Sequence record: PQ309151.1
Direction: 5' to 3' (one strand)
DNA: 64,000 bases
Made by a program: the position numbers and the translations under genes. This document shows, in pieces, positions 28,725 to 35,892 of this stretch; positions within the stretch are counted from its first letter, which is position 1; every line of letters starts with the position of its first letter. The notes beneath the pieces are model-generated. The model was not told the origin of the DNA. It made no database searches and worked only from the letters and a program-made list of their open reading frames with translations.

Positions 28725-29009
28725 TTAAACCGTTTCCAGCTTCAGGCTGTTACGCAGCACCACACCATTCATGGCGCGTTCGATAACTGCTTCAGCCTTC
28801 TTTGCTGCGAAGTCAGCTTCACGCATTGCCATGCGTTGAGCGTAGACGTATTCGCGCACTTGCTTCTCTTCGCGAACCGTGAGGTTCTGACGTTCGAGGC
28901 GGTCGTTGACTGCGTCCCAATCGACTTCTTCAAACTTCTTACCGTCCATGAACTTCTCGGACAGGAACAGGCAGAATTCGAGGACGGTGACTTGATAAAG
29001 GTTATTCAT
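28725..29009 (-). CDS. Hypothetical protein
   Basis: 94 aa with AGGAG RBS. Confidence 0.7.
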   Translation of the reverse strand: MNNLYQVTVLEFCLFLSEKFMDGKKFEEVDWDAVNDRLERQNLTVREEKQVREYVYAQRMAMREADFAAKKAEAVIERAMNGVVLRNSLKLETV

Positions 29010-29057
29010 GATGATGCTCCTGAGAAAGGGAAAATTACACAGACGGTAAAAGGTTTG

Positions 29058-29201
29058 TTACTTGGCCAGGAAATGGTCGGTCACGTACCAGACCAAGGGG
29101 ACGACTACGAACGCGCAGAAAGCGATACCGAGAGCGACGTCTTTCAACTTTGCGCGCTTGACCTTGTCGTTGCTCTTGTTCAACATTTGTTGCTTAGTCA
29201 T
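29058..29201 (-). CDS. Small single-pass membrane protein (47 aa), not in the ORF track
   Basis: MTKQQMLNKSNDKVKRAKLKDVALGIAFCAFVVVPLVWYVTDHFLAK, with AGGA RBS. Confidence 0.65.
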   Translation of the reverse strand: MTKQQMLNKSNDKVKRAKLKDVALGIAFCAFVVVPLVWYVTDHFLAK

Positions 29202-29245
29202 GCTTATTCCTGTTGTTTGACTGTACTGAATTTTGATTAATCGAA

Positions 29246-29704
29246 TTACTGCAAGGGAACGCGCTTGCGAAAGGTATCGAACTGGATCACGACGTATCCA
29301 TCTTCGATCGCCACGTTCTTGACTCTCGCTTCACAGGTTCCGAATCCTTTTGCCTGACGAACGTCACCGTTGTTCAAGAACCAGAACAACTGATAGTCCA
29401 TCGGGCAGCCTTGCTCATTGCCTGCGATCAGGACCAAAGGCGTGTTGCTGTAAGTACCATGCCACACGACTTTGATACTGTCGTAGTTTTCGTCCATGTC
29501 GGTCACGTTGTCGCGATACTCCATGAACCAGGTACCCTGTTGGGTGTCCTGATAGAACTTCACCGTATCCACAGTTTTCATGAGGACCGGTTTTGCATCT
29601 GCATCGCCTATGCCACCGAGAATCAGTACTGCGATAGTTCCAGCGATCGCGAGGATCCAGAACTTCCAATTGTCGTTGACATAGTTGCGAACAGCTTGAG
29701 TCAT
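29246..29704 (-). CDS. Signal-peptide or membrane-anchored periplasmic protein
   Basis: N-terminal hydrophobic segment ending ADA. Beta-rich domain with two Cys. Confidence 0.7.
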   Translation of the reverse strand: MTQAVRNYVNDNWKFWILAIAGTIAVLILGGIGDADAKPVLMKTVDTVKFYQDTQQGTWFMEYRDNVTDMDENYDSIKVVWHGTYSNTPLVLIAGNEQGCPMDYQLFWFLNNGDVRQAKGFGTCEARVKNVAIEDGYVVIQFDTFRKRVPLQ

Positions 29705-29728
29705 TGCGTCATCTCCAGTTACTACATT

Positions 29729-29923
29729 TTAAAAAAGGTGCTTGTGGCGAACGATCGTCATCAAGCGCTGCACTTCATTCCGAACTACCATTTCGGTAGT
29801 GGGCGGAAGTTCGCGGAATTCGACATCGATGATGTCCGGCTCGGTGATGACCGGTGCTACGTACGGCTGAATCGATGTATACATCTTCAAAGCTTGTGAA
29901 ACGTATTGCTGGCTGTGTGCCAT
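29729..29923 (-). CDS. Small hypothetical protein
   Basis: Probable start MAHSQ with GGAGG RBS, directly after a promoter motif. Confidence 0.65.
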   Translation of the reverse strand: MAHSQQYVSQALKMYTSIQPYVAPVITEPDIIDVEFRELPPTTEMVVRNEVQRLMTIVRHKHLF

Positions 29924-29974
29924 AATGCGCCTCCGTTGAAAAGAATACAAAGTTCTTTATCCAACTTCACCGCA

Positions 29975-29996
29975 GTTATATGTTTCTGAAAATATC
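29975..29996 (-). promoter_or_regulatory. Putative early promoter variant
   Basis: Minus strand GATATTTTCAGAAACATATAAC. Confidence 0.55.
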
Positions 29997-30024
29997 TGCA
30001 ATACGAAATTTGACGGCATAGGCC

Positions 30025-30048
30025 GGGGATGGGTTTTACCCCATCCCC
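30025..30048 (-). terminator. Hairpin after the AAA ATPase gene
   Basis: GGGGATGGG-N6-CCCATCCCC. Confidence 0.65.
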
Positions 30049-30053
30049 TAGCT

Positions 30054-31361
30054 TTATGCGACAAGTTTCAAGCGAGTCGATGCGCGCTTGGCAATCTCAT
30101 CCAGGAAACCACCGGGATCATCCGGGAATTCCTTGAATGCATTTTCAACTTCACAACCAGGCAGTCGGATATCGTACGCCATGAAAGGCACGCACCAGAT
30201 CTGCTGCATCTCACGATCGAGTTCGTACATCTGAACCATGTAGTTCCAGATCTCTTTCGAAGTGAGTTCGCCAATCAGATACTCGTTGTCGATACGCGAC
30301 TTGCGACGAATCGCATCATCGAGATCGTCAGGCTTATTGGTCGTCATGATAACGATCAGATCATCCAGCCCGATCACCCCATCGAATGCATTGAGCATAC
30401 CCGACATCGTCAGATAGCTCATCGAGTCTCCGATGGCTTCGACCAGATCTTTTTTCTTGTCGCGGTTTTTGACTGCACCACCTGCCTGATCAACGTCTTC
30501 GAGCAAAACGATAGAACCAGGCTTGATTGCAGCCAATGCATCGACCAACGAATTGTTCGAATGCTGCGAGAGATCCAGCAAGTAAACATCTTTCTTGAAA
30601 TGCGCAGCCAGTAATTTTGCAAGGGTCGTCTTACCCGTACCAGGCGGCCCGTAAAAGAGGAAAGACGTTTTGTACGTAAGTCCTTTTTTACGATACCACT
30701 CACGACGATTCGAGAATTCAGTGATCTTTCTCAGGATGTCGCGTTTCTGGTCTTCGTTCATGCAAAACGTAGCGATGTCTCGCATGGGAACTTTACCAAC
30801 TTGTTCCCATGTCTTGTCTCCACCGAACTTGTGGATGTAGACCTCTTCACCCGAGCCTTTCTTCTCGTTGAAGAGTTCAACCAGCTGATCAAACGAACGC
30901 TGACTCCAACCGAATGTTCGAATGGTAATTTCTTCTTTCTGCTTTTCAGATCCGCCCGATTCGAGCGAACCTTTGTCGAACCAGAAGAACTTTCCTTTGT
31001 ACCAAAAGACATGGACGCCTTTGCCGATACCGAGACGGTACGGTTTGTAAACGCGTTCATCTGCAAAGAGTTCATCCTTGTACTGCCGGAACATGAAGAA
31101 ACTTCGACTGAACTTCGAATAGCCTGATAGCATGAACCATTTGTCGAACATGTTGTACGCGTCGGCATTGCCATCGTACCCAGCGTTGTTCAGACGCATA
31201 GTCACGGTTGTGTAGCGGACGATAAAATCCCAAAGCTTCTTGGGTAGATCTTTCAAGTAAAACAATAAGCCTGCGACCAAAGGCATGACCAGCGTGGCCA
31301 CCAATGGGTTGGACTTTGTGAGGTTGCTGTAGTCCTGCAGCAACTGGTTGATCCAGTCCAT
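30054..31361 (-). CDS. BCS1-like membrane-anchored AAA+ ATPase
   Basis: Probable start MDWINQ at 31361. N-terminal TM, a BCS1_N-like region, then GLTYKTSFLFYGPPGTGKT, LLEDVD, LTMSGMLNAFDG and MTTNKPDDLDDAIRRKSRID. Confidence 0.85.
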   Translation of the reverse strand: MDWINQLLQDYSNLTKSNPLVATLVMPLVAGLLFYLKDLPKKLWDFIVRYTTVTMRLNNAGYDGNADAYNMFDKWFMLSGYSKFSRSFFMFRQYKDELFADERVYKPYRLGIGKGVHVFWYKGKFFWFDKGSLESGGSEKQKEEITIRTFGWSQRSFDQLVELFNEKKGSGEEVYIHKFGGDKTWEQVGKVPMRDIATFCMNEDQKRDILRKITEFSNRREWYRKKGLTYKTSFLFYGPPGTGKTTLAKLLAAHFKKDVYLLDLSQHSNNSLVDALAAIKPGSIVLLEDVDQAGGAVKNRDKKKDLVEAIGDSMSYLTMSGMLNAFDGVIGLDDLIVIMTTNKPDDLDDAIRRKSRIDNEYLIGELTSKEIWNYMVQMYELDREMQQIWCVPFMAYDIRLPGCEVENAFKEFPDDPGGFLDEIAKRASTRLKLVA

Positions 31362-31476
31362 ATTTTTATTCCCCGAAAAAGTTTTGTCAAAGTAGCGGTC
31401 GACCAAAGAAAAAAATATCCAAACCTAGGCAGGCATAATCCAGTACCCCCGCGAAGGGGTACTGGTCTGCTTCTTT

Positions 31477-32151
31477 TTATTTGATTTTCGAAAGATCGAG
31501 ATAGAACATCATCTCGTTATCGGTCTTCGGAAAGAATGCCTTGATCTTTCCGAGATAGTCCTTCTTGTCGCTTCCGATCACCCTGGAGTAGAAACCTACT
31601 TCCAGAAGAACACCACTGAACGGCTCTTCCTCGATGTTCACAAGATTCTTGCGATCCATCGACATGCGGTAAACCATTGGGTGGAGTTTCTCCAGAACGA
31701 TTGCGTTCTCTTCCAGGTTGTTCTTGACGATCAAGGGCAGACTGATTTTGCCACCGTGCAGCTGGTGACCATTTGCATAACCCATGCCAAGACAGATCTG
31801 ATTGTTGGCGGTGTTGTAGCCGAACTCAGCAATGATCTCACGATCATCCTGGATGAAGCGACTCATCACATCCATGCAGCCAGACAGATCCCGCGAGAGG
31901 GTTCCCCGGAATTTTTCAATTCCGACGTCGTAGGGTTTTTTCGGCACGACTCGTACTTCACCTGCGATCGGGTGTGAATCGATTACAGGCTCTACAACGG
32001 GCTGATAGACCTTAGGTACAGCTACGTAGGTCCCAGGCACTACGCGTGGCGTGGCGAGCCCCTCGACGAGCGTGAGGGTGGTTTCCTCATCGTAATCGCG
32101 GTCCCCGGCTTGCGCCATTTTGTGGTCTGCATAACCTCTGGTTCTTTTCAC
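31477..32151 (-). CDS. Hypothetical protein
   Basis: 224 aa downstream of a promoter motif. Confidence 0.7.
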   Translation of the reverse strand: MKRTRGYADHKMAQAGDRDYDEETTLTLVEGLATPRVVPGTYVAVPKVYQPVVEPVIDSHPIAGEVRVVPKKPYDVGIEKFRGTLSRDLSGCMDVMSRFIQDDREIIAEFGYNTANNQICLGMGYANGHQLHGGKISLPLIVKNNLEENAIVLEKLHPMVYRMSMDRKNLVNIEEEPFSGVLLEVGFYSRVIGSDKKDYLGKIKAFFPKTDNEMMFYLDLSKIK

Positions 32152-32204
32152 AGATTTGCTCCAGGTTGAAACATTGTAAAAGGATACAGCAGGAATTCAC
32201 GATG

Positions 32205-32227
32205 GTTATATGTTTGTGAAACTTTCT
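32205..32227 (-). promoter_or_regulatory. Putative early promoter variant
   Basis: Minus strand GAAAGTTTCACAAACATATAAC. Confidence 0.55.
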
Positions 32228-32379
32228 GGAATTCCATCCTTTCACAGAATCAAAAAGCATAAGCGTTGTAAGACCCAAGACCGCTTGCGCGATCTCGGGT
32301 TCTCACTGGGGGGATGAATGTGGGTTGTGTATCCCTCCAGATCATGGAGGGATCACGTTAAAACTTTATACGCCTTCCA

Positions 32380-32560
32380 CGGCGTATCACTTTCTTTCTT
32401 TTCTTCTTTTTCAAAAACTTTAGACTTATTATTCTTTTTATTGTAAATACGTTAGTATTTACAATACTAACGTTTAAAATACTAATTCTAAAATTCTCTC
32501 TACAAGGTTCTAGTCACATTTAGAAAAATATATGTTTATGCCTGATAAGGCATCGAAACT
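32380..32560. other. Very AT-rich non-coding spacer with overlapping inverted repeats
   Basis: T-tracts, hairpins 32440-32465 and 32449-32473, and three AATACTAA copies. Confidence 0.8.
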
Positions 32561-32635
32561 TAACGGTAAAATTTCCCTGAGAAGCACAGATCATCTGACA
32601 TCCGTTCCACTATCATCGCAAAGGACGAAACGAAC

Positions 32636-33283
32636 ATGGGCCTCGTAGGCACTCTGCGCGAGATCGAGCAAACCTCGCCTGAAGAACTCAATCGCTATTC
32701 CGCAAACCGTCCCGTCATGGTCGACGGTTCTCTGTCCGAACTCGTGACTCAGGCACTGAACGTCGCCTACACGAAAAAGGACATGACATCGGGCAAACCG
32801 TACTACGGTCATCAAAACGCAACGGGTGAACCGCCTCCTGGCGCGGGCAATATTCCCGACATCCTGAATCCGGACACTCCGCGTCAGGATCCGCAAGTCG
32901 TCAAGCCGTCTCTCGAAGGCATGCAGCAAATGCAAGCCGACCAGATCGCCACGGCCGCTTCTGTTCTCGAAGAAGCCGTCAACGTGCACGATGGTGCAGA
33001 TCACCGCGTGGGAGATGATCCCCTCATGGTCTATGCCATTCCGGAAGACGGCAAGGTCACGGAAGAAATGAATGCGAACATCGACATGTACGGCGACAGC
33101 GGTGCGATCGACCCGTCGAATTTCGTGTTTGTTTTCACCGACAAGAACGATACTGTTGGAAGTATCGACTATCGCTGCGTCGACCTGAACCAGAAAGTAA
33201 AGAGCTACGAGAGCAAAGGTGCCAAAGTGTACCAGTCGCTCGAATCGTTCCTCGCCGACTACGACAACCTGCGGCGTAAATAA
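32636..33283 (+). CDS. Candidate ChmB-like (phiKZ gp2-like) shell/virion-associated protein
   Basis: 215 aa, first gene after the AT-rich spacer and a few genes before terminase. Contains DGSLSELVTQALNVAY and an SLE motif. Assignment is from size and remembered synteny only. Confidence 0.45.
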   Translation: MGLVGTLREIEQTSPEELNRYSANRPVMVDGSLSELVTQALNVAYTKKDMTSGKPYYGHQNATGEPPPGAGNIPDILNPDTPRQDPQVVKPSLEGMQQMQADQIATAASVLEEAVNVHDGADHRVGDDPLMVYAIPEDGKVTEEMNANIDMYGDSGAIDPSNFVFVFTDKNDTVGSIDYRCVDLNQKVKSYESKGAKVYQSLESFLADYDNLRRK

Positions 33284-33294
33284 CGGAGTCACCC

Positions 33295-33729
33295 GTGCGT
33301 ATCGAAAAAACTAATTCCTTCGTCGAAGCTTTCGGCGTACTGCCTATGCTTAAGACTCTGGATGAATTCTATCCGGAACTGTCGTACTGGTACGTCAATA
33401 CCGTAGTGCCTGGACTGGTGCTCGGCAAAGACATTTTGCTGCTGGCTAAAGAAGCTGGTCGCACGGTCGGTATTGCATTAGGCAAGAATGGCGAAGAGAA
33501 GAAGTTGCGATGCGTGCGCGTGATGCCGGAATTCCAGAATACGGGATGCGGCCTGAAACTCATCGAGCGCATGTTCGATGAACTTGAAACCGAAACACCT
33601 CACTGCACGGTGTCCGAGGAATTACTCGGACTCTACAGTCGAGCATTCGTGAACCGTTATGGGTTTCGTTTGAATTCGGTGGATAAGGGCCGCTATCGTC
33701 CCGGAAAGTTGGAATACGCCTTTAACTAA
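33295..33729 (+). CDS. GNAT-family acetyltransferase
   Basis: KLRCVRVMPEFQNTGCGLKL is motif A (V.P..Q..G.G). C-terminal F...YGF. Confidence 0.8.
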   Translation: MRIEKTNSFVEAFGVLPMLKTLDEFYPELSYWYVNTVVPGLVLGKDILLLAKEAGRTVGIALGKNGEEKKLRCVRVMPEFQNTGCGLKLIERMFDELETETPHCTVSEELLGLYSRAFVNRYGFRLNSVDKGRYRPGKLEYAFN

Positions 33730-33738
33730 GGACGACGC

Positions 33739-34986
33739 ATGGAAGGTCAGATCAAGAAAGTCCTGGATGCCGAGTTCGATCATCTTCCGATCGACAAACG
33801 GCTCCTGGACAAAGTCCTGAAATACGAAAAGGATTTCATCAACAAAAACGAAGACCACATCACTTTCTTCGGTGGCCACCTGATGGGTGTGCAAGTGGTT
33901 CGTTTCGATCCCCGTGATCGCCAGTACTGGTTCGATGAAATCCTCGAAATCAACGAGCAGGCTCTCGAAGAACCGCTCTACGCTCTGCGTGATCCGCATC
34001 ACCCGAAAGATCCGCTGATCGATCCCGAATTCAATGTCCGCTCGGATGTGATGAACATCACCTGCGGCTACCTCATTCATCGATTCCTCACTGCCAATCA
34101 CCTTCCGCACGACAAGCAAAAGGAAGGCGCTGAATGCGTGGTGCGAATCATGCTGTACAAGTTTCTGACTTCGCTGCTCTGGAACTACTTCAAGTACCCG
34201 GCCAATCCTGCGGTAGCGGAAGCTACCTACAACGCTTTGTCGCTGAAGTTCGGCTTGAAGAAAAACGGCAACTGGAAAAAATATCTGGACGAACGCGCTC
34301 ACGTAACAGTCGAGCCAGGTTCGATCCACTACAAGACGCTCGTCAACATGAAAGACGACGAGGCGTTCCTGTACTTTATCGGCGATACGCAAGGTCGTAT
34401 TCGTGGTACGGTGAAATCGATCTATGCGATCTTTGACCAGATGAACAAGGCTGGTATCAAGATCGTCTCGGCATCCTCCGTCATGGAGTACGATGGCGAA
34501 ATGATCCTGAAGGACAAGTCGAGAACTTACCAGGCGGAAATCCGTTACATCTCAGATGTGATCGGAGATCGTGGTTCGTTCATCAAACCCGAACTTCTGA
34601 AGATCATCGAGAAGTCGGTGCCGACTGCCAATCCGGATATGCTGCTGAAGACTCTGCAGTGGATGTCGGACAATGCAGGCTATGGTAAAGACGATATCGT
34701 GAACCAGCTGACGACCAAAACGGTTATCTACTCGTTCAACTATCTCGCCCAGAATCCTGGCCTGATCAAAGGCAAGCGCGACATCTCCGGCGTGCTCTTC
34801 CGTTTGCGTGGTTCGTTCATGGCATCCCGTTCTTCGGACGAGGATCTCATGCAGCTGCGTGAAATGGCTGAGCAGATCGCAGGGTTCGCCACTGGTTCTC
34901 GCAATGACACGGTGAAGAAGTCGATCCGCACTGCGGTTCTGCTTTACATCATCGGACGTATCATGGCGAAGGATTACTACTCATGA
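33739..34986 (+). CDS. Conserved phiKZ-like hypothetical protein
   Basis: 415 aa, mostly helical, with AAGGA RBS. Confidence 0.75.
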   Translation: MEGQIKKVLDAEFDHLPIDKRLLDKVLKYEKDFINKNEDHITFFGGHLMGVQVVRFDPRDRQYWFDEILEINEQALEEPLYALRDPHHPKDPLIDPEFNVRSDVMNITCGYLIHRFLTANHLPHDKQKEGAECVVRIMLYKFLTSLLWNYFKYPANPAVAEATYNALSLKFGLKKNGNWKKYLDERAHVTVEPGSIHYKTLVNMKDDEAFLYFIGDTQGRIRGTVKSIYAIFDQMNKAGIKIVSASSVMEYDGEMILKDKSRTYQAEIRYISDVIGDRGSFIKPELLKIIEKSVPTANPDMLLKTLQWMSDNAGYGKDDIVNQLTTKTVIYSFNYLAQNPGLIKGKRDISGVLFRLRGSFMASRSSDEDLMQLREMAEQIAGFATGSRNDTVKKSIRTAVLLYIIGRIMAKDYYS

Positions 34987-35408
34987 CACCCCGTGAGACG
35001 GTAACCTACGACGAACTGAGTCCCCTCCAGCTTGAGCAGTATCATGCTTTGCTGGAGGAGTCGGACAGTGAACCGATGTTCTACGGAAAACCACTGAGCC
35101 GAAATACACCACGTCAGATCGTCCTCGATGACGACGACAATGTCGTAGGAGCCTTTGAGTACACTCGCACTCTGTGGGAGGGAACGTACTACTGGCGAGC
35201 TAACCGTCCGTATGTCTTGAAAGCGCATCGAGGCAAAGGACTGTTGGTTCCTGCTCTTCGACTCTGGTTCTTAAATCGACGCCCGGCATTAGCCTGGATC
35301 GATGACGAAAACCTTGCATCTATCCGCCTGTTCTTCTCGCTGGGGTTTAGTCGGGAATATGCGTACACGATGCATGGAAAACTGGGACATTTCTACGTCC
35401 TTCATTAA
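34983..35408 (+). CDS. GNAT-family acetyltransferase
   Basis: PYVLKAHRGKGL (motif A) and ENLASIRLFFSLGF (motif B). ATGA overlap with the upstream gene. Confidence 0.85.
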   Translation: MTPRETVTYDELSPLQLEQYHALLEESDSEPMFYGKPLSRNTPRQIVLDDDDNVVGAFEYTRTLWEGTYYWRANRPYVLKAHRGKGLLVPALRLWFLNRRPALAWIDDENLASIRLFFSLGFSREYAYTMHGKLGHFYVLH

Positions 35409-35438
35409 CGCCATCAACTTTAAGGTTAGGCACCCAAA

Positions 35439-35615
35439 ATGGCACCGCGCACCAAGCTTCAGAAGTCAATGACCAAAAACTCCACGATTCGTGACGCTGT
35501 CACGAATTCGGCTGCGACCATCTCGGTGGGAGAGCCAGCCCTCATGTCTCGCCAAGGTGCCCCGAAAAGCATTAAAGTGCGGATCGGAAAAGGTGGACTG
35601 GGGAAAGCAAAATAA
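35439..35615 (+). CDS. Small basic protein (58 aa), not in the ORF track
   Basis: MAPRTKLQKSMTKNSTIRDAVTNSAATISVGEPALMSRQGAPKSIKVRIGKGGLGKAK. 12 K/R versus 2 D/E. Confidence 0.55.
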   Translation: MAPRTKLQKSMTKNSTIRDAVTNSAATISVGEPALMSRQGAPKSIKVRIGKGGLGKAK

Positions 35616-35669
35616 CAAAACGTTGTAGTCTTGGTGTTTAATCTTTTGGATTATTTACCGGGATTGAAA

Positions 35670-35852
35670 ATGTCGAACCGTCACAAGGGCCAGCATCTGA
35701 TGCAGGCTAGCCTGAAGCAGCATAAAGAGCATCACGTGAAAGATCTCTACATCGTCACCGAATCGGAACATCATGGCAAACATGTCACGAGTTCTGTACA
35801 CGTGAAGGTGGGTCGTAACGGGATCGAACACATCAAGAAGCATACGACATAA
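35670..35852 (+). CDS. Small His/Lys-rich protein (60 aa)
   Basis: MSNRHKGQHL...HIKKHTT, 11 His and 8 Lys. GGA RBS, immediately followed by a terminator. Confidence 0.6.
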   Translation: MSNRHKGQHLMQASLKQHKEHHVKDLYIVTESEHHGKHVTSSVHVKVGRNGIEHIKKHTT

Positions 35853-35854
35853 AG

Positions 35855-35882
35855 CCATGGAGAGGCGTTAGCCTCTCCATGG
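35855..35882. terminator. Terminator between convergent genes
   Basis: CCATGGAGAGGC-GTTA-GCCTCTCCATGG. Confidence 0.8.
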
Positions 35883-35892
35883 TCTATGTCCG

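Noticed and set aside
28199-29704. Membrane and periplasmic proteins as a holin-spanin lysis cassette
   Set aside because: No endolysin or spanin pair lies nearby, and the promoter motif suggests early expression.
32230-32400. Hairpin-rich intergenic stretch as a tRNA or known ncRNA
   Set aside because: No cloverleaf or T-loop context was recognised. No tRNA was seen by eye anywhere in the window.
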